From positions 1,736,001 through 1,800,000 of the forward strand of contig NW_027361688.1 in the NCBI RefSeq assembly GCF_039654945.1: 64,000 nt of DNA. Reading direction: 5' to 3'. Source of the stretch: Dendrobates tinctorius. Its lineage: Eukaryota. The notes beneath the pieces were generated by a model. The model saw only the letters and a list, made by a program, of their open reading frames with translations, did no database searches and had not been told where the DNA came from. Position numbers and translations under genes: made by a program. Shown piece after piece: positions 33,172 through 47,289 of this stretch (its first letter is position 1; every line of letters begins with the position of its first letter).

Positions 33172-34582
33172 TGTGTGGCAGTTCCCTTCCCGTACACAGG
33201 GGGCAGTGGTGGGGCAGTACCCTTCCCGTACACAGGGGGCAGTGGTGTCCGTACACAGGGGGCAGTGGTGTGGCAGTACCCTTCCCGTACACAGGGGGCA
33301 GTGGTGTGGCAGTACCCTTCCTGTACACGGGGGGCAGTAGTGTGGCAGTACCCTTCCCGTACACAGGGGGGCAGTGGTGTGGCAGTACCCTTCCTGTACA
33401 CGGGGGGCAGTGGTGTGGCAGTACCCCTCCCGTACACAGGGGGCAGTGGTGTGGCAGTACCCTTCCCGTACACAGGGGGCAGTGGTGTCCGTACACGGGG
33501 GGCAGTGGTGTGGCAGTACCCTTCCCGTACACAGGGGGCAGTGGTGTGGCAGTACCCCTCCCGTACACAGGGGGGCAGTGGTGTGGCAGTAACCCTCCCG
33601 TACACAGGGGGCAGTGGTGTGGCAGTACCCTTCCCGTACACAGGGGGCAGTGGTGTCCGTACACAGGGGGCAGAGGTGTGGCAGTACCCCTCCCGTACAC
33701 AGGGGGCAGTGGTGTGGCAGTATCCTTCCTGTACACGGGGGGCAGTGGTGTGGCAGTACCCTTCCCGTACACAGGGGGCAGTGGTGTGGCAGTACCCCTC
33801 CCGTACACGGGGGCAGTGGTGTGGCAGTACCCTTCCCGTACACAGGGGGGCAGTGGTGTGGCAGTACCCTTCCTGTACACGGGGGGCAGTGGTGTGGCAG
33901 TACCCTTCCCGTACACAGGGGGGCAGTGGTGTGGCAGTTCCCTTCCCGCACACAGGGGGGCAGTGGTGTGGCAGTACCCTTCCCGCACACAGGGGGGCAG
34001 TGGTGTGGCAGTACCCTTCCCGTACACAGGGTGGCAGTGGTGTGGGAGCACCCCTCCCGTACACAGGGGGCAGTGGTGTGGCAGTACCCTTCCCGTACAC
34101 AGGGGGGCAGTACCCTTCCCGTACACAGGGGGGCAGTGGTGTGGCAGTACCCTTCCTGTACACAGGGGGGCAGTGGTGTGGCAGTACCCCTCCCGTACAC
34201 AGGGGGCAGTGGTGTGGCAGCACCCCTCCCGTACACAGGGGGGCAGTGGTGTGGCAGTACCCCTCCCGTACACAGGGGGGCAGTGGTGTGGCAGTACCCT
34301 TCCCGCACACAGGGGGCAGTGGTGTGGCAGTACCCTTCCGGTACACAGGGGGGCAGTGGTGTGGCAGTTCCCTTCCTGTACACAGGGGGGCAGTGGTGTG
34401 GCAGCACCCCTCCCGTACACAGGGGGGCAGTGGTGTGGCAGTACCCTTCCCGCACACGGGGGCAGTGGTGTGGCAGTACCCTTCCCGTACACAGGGGGGC
34501 AGTGGTGTGGCAGTACCCTTCCCGTACACAGGGGGGCAGTGGTGTGGCAGTACCCTTCCCGTACGCAGGGGGGCAGTGGTGT
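33172..34582 (+). repeat. ~38-bp GC-rich minisatellite (GGGGGCAGTGGTGTGGCAGTACCCTTCCCGTACACA)n
   Basis: Tandem units directly upstream of the ITPR2 promoter; largely stop-free on both strands. Confidence 0.96.
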
Positions 34583-34639
34583 CCTCCGTCTTATTCCTCT
34601 GTTGCTCCTTGTGTCACTTATGAATGAACGCTTCATGGT

Positions 34640-34915
34640 TTTGTACGGCCCCGCCCTCTTCCTGCAGCTGCTCCTCCTATTGGCTGACTGCCTCCCACAG
34701 CTCCGCCCCCTGGCAGGGCGCAGAGTTGGACTCGGACACTTCCCCTGACAGCTCCGGGGCTGCGGGCAGAGAGCGGGGCCGGAGCCGCCGATCATCGCCC
34801 CCGGACCGGGCACAACCTGTGCAGAAGACAGCGGGGAGCGTCCCCCTGGCTCCCGCGGGTCTCCGGTGCCGGCTGCAGCGCCATGCCCCGCCTGTAGGGG
34901 GCGCCCGAGCCCAGG
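34640..34915 (+). promoter_or_regulatory. ITPR2 proximal CpG promoter / 5' UTR
   Basis: GC boxes at 34649 and 34701, ATTGG at 34679, CpG-rich, immediately upstream of the ATG. Confidence 0.7.
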
Positions 34916-35007
34916 ATGCCGGATAAGATGTCCAGCTTCTTGTACATCGGGGACATCGTGTCTCTGTACGCGGAGGGCTCCGTCAATGGCTTCATCAGCA
35001 CCCTGGG
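34916..35007 (+). CDS. ITPR2: Inositol 1,4,5-trisphosphate receptor type 2, coding exon 1 (gene continues beyond the window)
   Basis: [31 protein letters not shown], 92 nt, GTAAGA donor. The FLYIGD/GSVNG residues and synteny with INTS13 indicate ITPR2. Exon 2 (LVDDRCVV) was not found in the window. Confidence 0.93.
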
Positions 35008-35140
35008 GTAAGAGGCAGCAGGGGCCCGGGCAGCCCCGTACACACAGCCGGGGCCGAGCTGCGACCTGCTCCTGTCACACTGCACCGGAAAGGAGGAAGT
35101 GAGCAAAATGCAGAGAAGGAGGCCTGAGCCCCGAGCACTG

Positions 35141-38100
35141 ACCCCCCTATAATGTACCCCCGTCCTGTAATACCCCTATAATGTACCCCGTCCTGTAATA
35201 TCACTATAATGTACCCCATCCTGTAATACCCCTATAATGTACCCCGTCCTGTAATACCCCTATAATGTACCCCGTCCTGTAATATCACTATAATGTACCC
35301 CGTCCTGTAATACCCCTATAATGTACCCCGTCCTGTAATACCCCTATAATGTACCCCGTCCTGTAATATTCCTATAATGTACCCCGTCCTGTAATACCCC
35401 TATAATGTACCCCGTCCTGTAATACCCCTATAATGTACCCCGTCCTGTAATATTCCTATAATGTACCCCGTCCTGTAATACCCCTATAATGTACCCCGTC
35501 CTGTAATACCCCTATAATGTACCCCGTCCTGTAATATCACTATAATGTACCCCCGTCCTGTAATACCCCTATAATGTACCCCGTCCTGTAATACCCCTAT
35601 AATGTACCCCGTCCTGTAATATCACTATAATGTACCCCCGTCCTGTAATATTCCTATAATGTATCCCCCGTCCTGTAATACCCCTATAATGTACCCCCGT
35701 CCTGTAATACCCCTATAATGTACCCCCCGTCCTGTAATACCCCTATAATGTACCCCCGTCCTGTAATACCCCTATAATGTACCCCCCGTCCTGTAATACC
35801 CCTATAATGTACCCCCCGTCCTGTAATACCCCTATAATGTACCCCCGTCCTGTAATACCCCTATAATGTACCCCCGTCCTGTAATACCCCTATAATGTAT
35901 CCCCCGTCCTGTAATACCCCTATAATGTATCCCCCGTCCTGTAATACCCCTATAATGTACCCCCGTCCTGTAATACCCCTATAATGTACCCCCCGTCCTG
36001 TAATACCCCTATAATGTACCCCCGTCCTGTAATACCCCTATAATGTATCCCCCGTCCTGTAATACCCCTATAATGTACCCCCGTCCTGTAATACCCCTAT
36101 AATGTATCCCCCGTCCTGTAATACCCCTATAATGTACCCCGTCCTGTAATACCCCTATAATGTACCCCCCGTCCTGTAATACCCCTATAATGTACCCCGT
36201 CCTGTAATACCCCTATAATGTACCCCCGTCCTGTAATACCCCTATAATGTATCCCCCGTCCTGTAATACCCCTATAATGTACCCCGTCCTGTAATAATCC
36301 TATAATGTACCCCGTCCTGTAATATCACTATAGTGTACCCCCGTCCTGTAATACCCCTATAATGTACCCCCCGTCCTGTAATACCCCTATAATGTACCCC
36401 CCGTCCTGTAATACCCCTATAATGTACCCCCTGTCCTGTAATACCCCTATAATGTACCCCCCGTCCTGTAATATTCCTATAATGTACCCCGTCCTGTAAT
36501 ACCCCTATAATGTACCCCGTCCTGTAATACCCCTATAATGTACCCCCCGTCCTGTAATACCACTATAATGTACCCCCGTCCTGTAATACCCCTATAATGT
36601 ACTCCCGTCCTGTAATATTCCTATAATGTACCCCGTCCTGTAATATCACTATAGTGTACCCCCGTCCTGTAATACCCCTATAATGTACCCCCCGTCCTGT
36701 AATACCCCTATAATGTACCCCCCGTCCTGTAATATTCCTATAATGTACCCCCCGTCCTGTAATAACCCTATAATGTACCCCCGTCCTGTAATATCACTAT
36801 AGTGTACCCCCGTCCTGTAATACCCCTATAATGTACCCCCCGTCCTGTAATACCCCTATAATGTACCCCCCGTCCTGTAATATTCCTATAATGTACCCCC
36901 GTCCTGTAATACCCCTATAATGTACCCCCGTCCTGTAATACCCCTATAATGTACCCCCCGTCCTGTAATAACCCTATAATGTACCCCCGTCCTGTAATAC
37001 CCCTATAATGTACCCCCCGTCCTGTAATACCCCTATAATGTACCCCCCGTCCTGTAATACCCCTATAATGTACCCCCCGTCCTATAATACCCCTATAATG
37101 TACCCCCCGTCCTGTAATATTCCTATAATGTACCCCGTCCTGTAATACCCCTATAATGTACCCCGTCCTGTAATACCCCTATAATGTACTCCCGTCCTGT
37201 AATATTCCTATAATGTACCCCCCGTCCTGTAATACCCCTATAATGTACCCCCCGTCCTGTAATACCCCTATAATGTACCCCCCGTCCTGTAATACCCCTA
37301 TAATGTACCCCCCGTCCTGTAATACCCCTATAATGTACCCCCCGTCCTGTATTACCCCTATAATGTACCCCGTCCTGTAATACCCCTATAATGTACCCCG
37401 TCCTGTAATACCCCTATAATGTACCCCGTCCTGTAATACCCCTATAATGTACCCCCCGTCCTGTAATACCCCTATAATGTACCCCCGTCCTGTAATACCC
37501 CTATAATGTACCCCCCGTCCTGTAATACCCCTATAATGTACCCCCGTCCTGTAATACCCCTATAATGTACCCCCGTCCTGTAATACCCCTATAATGTACC
37601 CCCGTCCTGTAATACCCCTATAATGTACCCCCCGTCCTGTAATACCCCTATAATGTACCCCGTCCTGTAATACCCCTATAATGTACCCCCGTCCTGTAAT
37701 ACCCCTATAATGTACCCCCGTCCTGTAATACCCCTATAATGTAACCCCGTCCTGTAATACCCCTATAGTGTACCCCCGTCCTGTAATAACCCTATAATGT
37801 ACCCCCGTCCTGTAATAACCCTATAATGTACCCCCCGTCCTGTAATAACCCTATAATGTACCCCCCGTCCTGTAATACCCCTATAGTGTACCCCCGTCCT
37901 GTAATAACCCTATAATGTACCCCCGTCCTGTAATACCCCTATAGTGTACCCCCGTCCTGTAATACCCCTATAATGTACCCCCCGTCCTGTAATACCCCTA
38001 TAATGTACCCCCCGTCCTGTAATACCCCTATAATGTACCCCGTCCTGTAATACCCCTATAATGTACCCCGTCCTGTAATACCCCTATAATGTACCCCCCG

Positions 38101-41100
38101 TCCTGTAATACCCCTATAGTGTACCCCCGTCCTGTAATACCCCTATAGTGTACCCCCCGTCCTGTAATACCCCTATAATGTACCCCCGGCCTGTAATACC
38201 CCTATAATGTACCCCCCGTCCTGTAATACCCCTATACTGTACCCCCCGTCCTGTAATACCCCTATAATGTACCCCCCGTCCTGTAATACCCCTATAATGT
38301 ACCCCGTCCTGTAATACCCCTATAATGTACCCCCGTCCTGTAATACCCCTATAATGTACCCCCGTCCTGTAATACCCCTATAATGTACCCCCCGTCCTGT
38401 AATACCCCTATAATGTACCCCCGTCCTGTAATACCCCTATAATGTACCCCGTCCCGTAATACCCCTATAATGTACCCCCGTCCCGTAATACCCCTATAAT
38501 GTACCCCGTCCCGTAATACCCCTATAATGTACCCCCGTCCTGTAATACCCCTATAATGTACCCCCGTCCCGTAATACCCCTATAATGTACCCCCGTCCCA
38601 TAATACCCCTATAATGTACCCCCCGTCCTATAATACCCCTATAATGTACCCCCCCGTCCTGTAATACCCCTGTAATGTACCCCCGTCCTGTAATACCCCT
38701 GTAATGTACCCCCGTCCTGTAATACCCCTGTAATGTACCCCCGTCCTGTAATACCCCTATAATGTACCCCCGTCCTGTAATACCCCTATAATGTACCGCG
38801 TCCCGTAATACCCCTGTAATGTACCCCCCCCGTCCGGTAATACCCCTGTAATGTACCCCCCGTCCTGTAATACCCCTGTAATGTACCCCGTCCCGTAATA
38901 CCCCTATAATGTACCCCTCCGTCCTGTAATACTATAGTGTACCCCCGTCCTGTAATACCCCTATAATGTACCCCGTCGTGTAATACCCCTATACTGTACC
39001 CCCATCCTGTAATACCCCTATACTGTACCCCCGTCCTGTAATACCCCTATAATGTACCCCCCGTCCTGTAATACCCCTATAATGTACTCCCGTCCTGTAA
39101 TATCCCTATAGTGTACCCCCGTCCTGTAATACCCCTATAATGTACCCCCCGTCCTGTAATACCCCTATAGTGTACCCCCGTCCTGTAATATCCCTATAGT
39201 GTACCCCCCGTCCTGTAATATCCCTATAGTGTACCCCCGTCCTGTAATATCCCTATAGTGTACCCCCGTCCTGTAATATCCCTATAATGTACCCCCCGTC
39301 CTGTAATATCCCTATAATGTACCCCCCGTCCTGTAATATCCCTATAGTGTACCCCCCGTCCTGTAATACCCCTATAGTGTACCCCCGTCCTGTAATACCC
39401 CTATAGTGTGCCCCCGTCCTGTAATACCCCTATAATGTACCCCGTCCTGTAATATCCCTATAATGTACCCCGTCCTGTAATATCCCTATAATGTACCCCC
39501 GTCCTGTAATACCCCTATAATGTACCCCGTCCTGTAATATCCCTATAATGTACTCACGTCCTGTAATACCCTTATAATGTACCCCCGTCCTGTAATACCC
39601 CTATAATGTACCCCCCTTCCTGTAATACCACTATAATGTACCCCCGTCCTGTAATACCCCTATAATGTACCCACGTCCTGTAATACCCCTATAATGTACC
39701 CCCTTCCTGTAATACCCCTATAATGTACTCCCCGTCGTGTAATACCCCTATAATGTACCCCACCTGTAATACCCCTATAATGTACCCCCGTCCTGTAATA
39801 TCCTTATACTGTACCTCCGTCCTGTAGTACCCCCATAATGTACCCTCGTCCTGTAGTGCCCCTATAATGTACCCGTCTTGTAATATCCCTATAATGTTTC
39901 CCCATCCTGTAATACCCCTATAATGTACCCCCCGTCCTGTTATACTATTATAATGTACCCCGAGCTGTAATACCCCTATAATGTACTCCCGTCCTGTAAT
40001 ACCCCTATAATGTACCCCCCGTCCTGTAATACCCCTATAATGTACCCCCCGTCCTGTAGTACCCTTATAATGTACTCCCGTCCTGTAATACCCCTATAAT
40101 GTATCCCCCGTCCTGTAATACCGCTATAAGTACCCCCGTCCTGTAATATCCCTATAATGTACCCCCGTCCTTTAATACCCCTATAACGTACCCCCCGTCC
40201 TGTAATACCTCTATAATGTACCCCCGTCCTGTAATATCCCTATAATGTACCCCCCTCCTATAATACCCCTATAATGTACCCCGTCCTGTGATATCCCTAT
40301 AATATTCCCCCTGTCCTGTAATACCCCTATAATGTACCCCGTCCTGTAGTACCCCTATAATGTACCCCGTCCTGTAATATCCCTATAATGTACTCACGTC
40401 CTGTAATACCCCTATAATGTACTCCAGTCCTGTAATATCCCTATAATGTACCCCCGTCCTGTGATATTCCTATAATATTCCCTCTCGTCCTGTAATATCC
40501 CTATAATGAACCCCCTGTCCTGTAATACCCCTATAATGTACCCCGTCCTGTAATATTCCTATAATGTACCCCCCTTCCTGTAATACCCCTATAATGTACC
40601 CCCCGTCCTGTAATACCCCTATAATGTACCCCTTCCTGTAATACCCCTATAATGTACCCCCCGTCGTGTAATACCCCTATAATGTACCCCGTCCTCTAAT
40701 ACCCCTTTAATGTACCCCCGTCCTGTAATATCCCTATAATGTACCCCCTGTCCTGTAATATCCCTATAATGTACCCCCCGTCCTGTAATATCCCTATAAT
40801 GTACCCCCCGTCCTGTAATATCCCTATAATGTACCCCCCGTCCTGTAATACCCCTATAGTGTACCCCCGTCCTGTAATACCCCTATAGTGTACCCCCGTC
40901 CTGTAATATCCCTATAATGTACCCCGTCCTGTAATATCCCTATAATGTACCCCCGTCCTGTAATATCCCTATAATGTACCCCGTCCTGTAATATCCCTAT
41001 AATGTACCCCCCGTCCTGTAATACCCCTATAATGTACTCCAGTCCTGTAATATCCCTATAATGTACCCCCGTCCTGTGATATTACTATAATATTCCCCCT

Positions 41101-44100
41101 CGTCCTGTAATATCCCTATAATGAACCCCCTGTCCTGTAATACCCCTATAATGTACCCCGTCCTGTAATATTCCTATAATGTACCCCCCTTCCTGTAATA
41201 CCCCTATAATGTACCCCCCGTCCTGTAATACCCCTATAATGTACCCCCCGTCCTGTAATACCCCTATAATGTACCCCCGTCGTGTAATACCCCTATAATG
41301 TACCCCGTCCTCTAATACCCCTTTAATGTACCCCCGTCCTGCAATATCCCTATAATGTACCCCCGTCCTGTAATATCCCTATACTATACCCCCGTCCTGT
41401 AGTACCCCTATAATGTACCCCCCGTCCTGTAATACTATTATAATGTACCGCGAGCTGTAATACCCCTATAATGTACTCCCATCTTGTAATACCCCTATAA
41501 TGTACCCCCCTGTCCTGTAATACCCCTATAATGTACCCCCCGTCCTGTAATACCGCTATAACGTACCCCCGTCCTGTAATATCCCTATAATGTGCCCCCG
41601 TCCTTCAATACCCCTATAACGTATCCGTCCTGTAGTACCCCTATAATGTACCCCCCGTCCTGTAGTACCCCTATAATGTACCCCCGTCCTATAATACCCC
41701 TATAATCTACCCCTGTCCTGTGATATCCCTATAATATTCCCCCTGTCCTTTAATACCCCTATAATGTACCCCGTCCTGTAATATCCCTATAATGTACCCA
41801 CGTCCTGTAATACCCCTATAATGTACCCACATCCTGTAATACCCCTATAATGTACCCCCGTCCTGTGATACCGCTATAACGTACCCCCGTCCAGTGATAT
41901 CCCTATAACGTACCCCCCGTCCTGTAATACCCCTATAATGTACTCCCGTCCTGTAATACCCCTATAATGTACTCCCGTCCTGTAATACCCCTATAATGTA
42001 CCCCCTTCCTGTAATACCCCTATAATGTACCCACGTCCTGTAATACCCCTATAATGTACCCCCTTCCTGTAATACCACTATAATGTACCCCCGTCCTGTG
42101 ATACCGCTATAACGTAACCCCGTCCTGTAATATCCCTATAACATACCCCCCGTCCTGTAATATCCCTATAATGTACCCCCGTCCTGTAATATCCCTATAA
42201 TGTACCCCCGTCCTTTAATACCCCTATAACGTACCCCCCGTCCTGTAGTACCCCGTCCTGTAATACCCCTATAATGTACCCCCGTCCTGTAATACCCTTA
42301 TAATGTACCCCCGTCCTGTAATACCCCTATAATGTACCCCCCTTCCTGTAATACCACTATAATGTACCCCCGTCCTGTAATACCCCTATAATGTACCCAC
42401 GTCCTGTAATACCCCTATAATGTACCCCCTTCCTGTAATACCCCTATAATGTACTCCCCGTCGTGTAATACCCCTATAATGTACCCCACCTGTAATACCC
42501 CTATAATGTACCCCCGTCCTGTAATACCCCTATAATGTGCCCCCGTCCTGTAATATCCTTATACTGTACCTCCGTCCTGTAGTACCCCCATAATGTACCC
42601 CCGTCCTGTAGTGCCCCTATAATGTACCCGTCCTGTAATATCCCTATAATGTTCCCCCATCCTGTAATACCCCTATAATGTACCCCCCGTCCTGTAATAC
42701 TATTATAATGTACCCCGAGCTGTAATACCCCTATAATGTACTCCCGTCCTGTAATACCCCTATAATGTACCCCCCGTCCTGTAATACCCCTATAATGTAC
42801 CCCCGTCCTGTAGTACCCTTATAATGTACTCCCGTCCTGTAATACCCCTATAATGTATCCCCCGTCCTGTAATACCGCTATAAGTACCCCCGTCCTGTAA
42901 TATCCCTATAATGTACCCCCGTCCTTTAATACCCCTATAACGTACCCCCCGTCCTGTAATACCTCTATAATGTACCCCCGTCCTGTAATATCCCTATAAT
43001 GTACCCCCCTCCTATAATACCCCTATAATGTACCCCGTCCTGTGATATCCCTATAATATTCCCCCTGTCCTGTAATACCCCTATAATGTACCCCGTCCTG
43101 TAGTACCCCTATAATGTACCCCGTCCTGTAATATCCCTATAATGTACCCCCGTCCTGTAATACCCCTATAATGTACCCCCTTCCTGTAATACCACTATAA
43201 TGTACCCCCATAATGTACCCCCCGTCCTGTGATACCGCTATAACGTACCCCCGTCCTGTAATATCCCTATAACGTACCCCCCGTCCTGTAATACCCCTAT
43301 AATGTACCCCCGTCCTGTAATATCCCTATAATGTGCCCCCGTCCTGTAATATCCCTATACTGTACCTCCGTCCTGTCGTACCCCCATAATGTACCCCTGT
43401 CCTGTAGTGCCCCTATAATGTACCCGTCCTGTAATATCCCTATAATGTACCCCCATCCTGTAATACCCCTATAACGTACCCCCCGTCCTGTAATACCCCT
43501 ATAGTGTACCCCCCGTCCTGTAATATCCCTATAATGTACCCCCGTCCTATAATACCCCTATAAAGTACCCCTGTCCTGTGATATCCCTATAATATTCCCC
43601 CTGTCCTGTAATACCCCTATAATGTACCCAGTCCTGTAGTACCCCTATAATGTACCCCGTCCTGTAATATCCCTATAATGTACCCCCGTCCTGTAATACC
43701 CCTATAATGTACCCCCTTCCTGTAATACCCCTATAATGTACTCCCGTCCTGTAATACCACTATAATGTACCCCCGTCCTGTAATACCCCTATAATGTACC
43801 CCCCGTCCTGTAATACCCCTATAATGTACCCCCCGTCCTGTAATACCCCTATAATGTACCCCCCGTCCTGTAGTACCCCTATAATGTACCCCCGTCCTGT
43901 AATACTATTATAATGTCCCCCGTCCTGTAATATCCCTATAATGTACTCCCGTCCTGTAATACCCCTATAATGTACCCCCGTCCTGTAATACCGCTATAAC
44001 GTACCCCCGTCCTGTAATATCCCTATAATGTACCCCCGTCCTTTAATACCCCTATAACGTACCCCCCGTCCTGTAATACCCCTATAATGTACCCCCGTCC

Positions 44101-44590
44101 TATAATACCCCTATAATGTACCCCTGTCCTGTGATATCCCTATAATATTCCCCCTGTCCTGTAATACCCCTATAATGTACCCCGTCCTGTAGTATCCCTA
44201 TAATGTACCCACGTCCTGTAATACCCCTATAATGTACCCCCTTCCTGTAATATCCCTATAATGTACTCCCCTTCCTGTAATACCACTATAATGTACTCCC
44301 CTTCCTGTAATATCCCTATAACGTACCCCGTCCTGTAATACCCCTATAATGTGCCCCCGTCCTGTAATACCCCTATAATGTGCCCCCGTCCTGTAATATC
44401 CCTATAATGTGCCCCCGTCCTGTAATATCCCTATAATGTATCCCCCGTCCTGTAATACCCCTATAATGTACCCCCTTCCTGTAATACCCCTATAATGTAT
44501 CCCCCGTCCTGTAATACCCCTATAATGTACTCCCGTCCTGTAATATCCCTATACTGTACCCCCGTCCTGTAATACCCCTATAATGTACTC
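35141..44590 (+). repeat. 9.4-kb minisatellite, 29-31 bp unit (GTCCTGTAATACCCCTATAATGTACCCC)n
   Basis: ~300 units starting ~130 bp after ITPR2 exon 1. Confidence 0.98.
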
Positions 44591-44950
44591 TTACTGTTTC
44601 TCTTATTCATTCTCGTCTGGACTATTGTAACTCTCTTCTAATCGTCTCCCTCTTACCAAACTCTCCCCTCTCCAATCTGTCTTGAATGCTGCAGCCAGGA
44701 TCATATTCCTCACCAATCGTTACACCGATGCCTCTACCTTGTGCCAGTCATTACACTGGCTACCCATCCACTCCAGAATTCAGTATAAACTTATTACCCT
44801 CACCCACAAAGCCCTCCATGGCTCAGCACCACCCTACATCTTCTCCCTTGTTTCAGTATACCACCCTACCCGCGCCCTCCGTTCTGCTGATGACCTGAGG
44901 TTAGCATCCTCAATAATCAGAACCTCCCACTCCCGTCTCCAAGACTTTAC
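44590..44950 (+). mobile_element. LINE ORF2 C-terminal fragment (L2/CR1 group)
   Basis: SRLDYCNSLL...LQSVLNAAARII...LHWLPIHSRIQYKL...HGSAPPY...TRALRS motifs. Confidence 0.88.
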
Positions 44951-45339
44951 TGACGTGCTAGAGCTTTTGTGGGTGCACAGTCATTGGTACTGTTGTGGAA
45001 AGTGCATTGCCGCAGATACTGTCATTTGGTTGCACAGTTGGTACCAATGTGAGGGTGCACTGTGGTTCATGCTGTAGTGGAAGGTGCACCACCAAAAGTA
45101 CTGTCATGGCTTTGCATTATGGATGGTACTGTCAAGGGGTGTACTGTTGTTAGAGTGCACTGAGGGCGGTACTGCTGTAAGGGGACACTGTTGTTGGTAT
45201 TGTTGTGGAAGGTGCACTTCTGCAGGTACTGTAGTTGGTACTGTCATGGGGTGCACTGAGGCTTGTAATGTTGTGGTGGTGTGTTGAGAATGGTACTACT
45301 GTGAGAGTGCAGTGTCATAGGTATTGTGCTGTATTTGAG

Positions 45340-46675
45340 GTGCGCAATGGCTTGTACTGCCATGGGGCTGCGCACTATGGCCGGTACTACCATGGGGCTG
45401 TGCACTATGGCCGGGGCTGCCAGGGGGCTGTGCACTATGGCCGGTACTACCATGGGGCTGTGCACAATGGCCGGGGCTGCCAGGGGGCTGTGCACAATGG
45501 CCGGGGCTGCCAGGGGGCTGCGCACTATGGCCGGTACTACCATGGGGCTGCGCACTATGGCCGGGACTGCCAGGGGGCTGTGCACTATGGCCGGTACTAC
45601 CATGGGGCTGTGCACTATGGCCGGGGCTGCCAGGGGGCTGTGCACAATGGCCGGGGCTGCCAGGGGGCTGTGCACTATGGCCGGTACTACCATGGGGCTG
45701 TGCACTATGGCCAGGGCTGCCAGGGGGCTGTGCACAATGGCCGGGGCTGCCAGGGGGCTGTGCACTATGGCCGGTACTACCATGGGGCTGTGCACTATGG
45801 CCAGGGCTGCCAGGGGGCTGTGCACAATGGCCGGTACTACCATGGGGCTGTGCACTATGGCCGGGGCTGCCAGGGGGCTGTGCACAATGGCCGGGACTGC
45901 CAGGGGGCTGTGCACTATGGCCGGTACTACCATGGGGCTGTGCACTATGGCCAGGGCTGCCAGGGGGCTGCGCACTATGGCCGGGGCTGCCAGGGGGCTG
46001 CGCACTATGGCCGGGGCTGCCAGGGGGCTGCGCACTATGGCCGGGGCTGCCAGGGGGCTGCGCACTATGGCCGGGGCTGCCAGGGGGCTGCGCACTATGG
46101 CCGGGGCTGCCAGGGGGCTGCGCACTATGGCCGGGGCTGCCAGGGGGCTGCGCACTATGGCCGGGGCTGCCAGGGGGCTGCGCACTATGGCCGGGGCTGC
46201 CAGGGGGCTGCGCACTATGGCCGGGGCTGCCAGGGGGCTGCGCACTATGGCCGGGGCTGCCAGGGGGCTGCGCACTATGGCCGGGGCTGCCAGGGGGCTG
46301 CGCACTATGGCCGGGGCTGCCAGGGGGCTGCGCACTATGGCCGGGGCTGCCAGGGGGCTGCGCACTATGGCCGGGGCTGCCAGGGGGCTGCGCACTATGG
46401 CCGGGGCTGCCAGGGGGCTGCGCACTATGGCCGGGGCTGCCAGGGGGCTGCGCACTATGGCCGGGGCTGCCAGGGGGCTGGGCACTATGGCCGGGGCTGC
46501 CAGGGGGCTGCGCACTATGGCCGGGGCTGCCAGGGGGCTGCGCACTATGGCCGGGGCTGCCATGGGGCTGCGCACTATGGCCGGGGCTGCCAGGGGGCTG
46601 CGCACTATGGCCGGGGCTGCCAGGGGGCTGCGCACTATGGCCGGGGTTGCCATGGGGCTGCGCACTATGGCCACT
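45340..46675 (+). repeat. 30-bp minisatellite (CAGGGGGCTGCGCACTATGGCCGGGGCTGC)n
   Basis: Exact period 30, with degenerate related units on both flanks. Confidence 0.96.
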
Positions 46676-47289
46676 GCATCTGTGTAGAGGACAAAAAGCG
46701 CTACTGTCATGAGACTGTGAAATTTTACTGATAATTTTGTAGGATATACACTCTGGTTGGTACTGTCAGGGTGGTAGGCACTGTGGCTGGTACTATCATG
46801 AGGAGTTCACGCTGACGGGTACTGCAGTGTGAGATACAATGTGGCTAGTACTGTAATGAGTAAACCCATTATAGATCTATGGATGGGAGAAATGACGGGA
46901 AACAAACATGTTGCTGGGGCAGTGGAGCCCATATTAGCCTGGATTAGATTCATATTTGCCGTCTAGGACCCTATGACAACCCTTACAGCATTTTATTAAC
47001 AATCAAAGTGGTTGTCTCTCATGGTCGTCTATTTCCTGGAGATTTTCTCAGATTTTTCTTTACATTTGTCAGAACAGGATTAGGGGTATTTAAGAACACA
47101 AAGGATCTGAAATTCCACCTGACGTGCGGAGTGCGGTGATGTATACTGCCCTCGTATGTGCACGATCAGTCGGATTAAGAGGAATTATGTGGGAACATTC
47201 CAAAGAATGAGAGCGAGACTGCCCGGGAGTGCAATGTTATGCAAATTGGAGATCCATGATGTTGTGTTGAGGGCAATGTAGCTTGTAAA

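Noticed and set aside
33013-34813. Six overlapping 337-567 aa ORFs
   Set aside because: Minisatellite read-through on both strands; only the Tc1 remnant at one end is real homology.
45235-46731. Gly/His/Tyr-rich repetitive protein (GCQGAAHYGR)n resembling a structural protein
   Set aside because: 30-bp DNA repeat open on both strands; variation is not biased to synonymous positions; no splice or promoter context.
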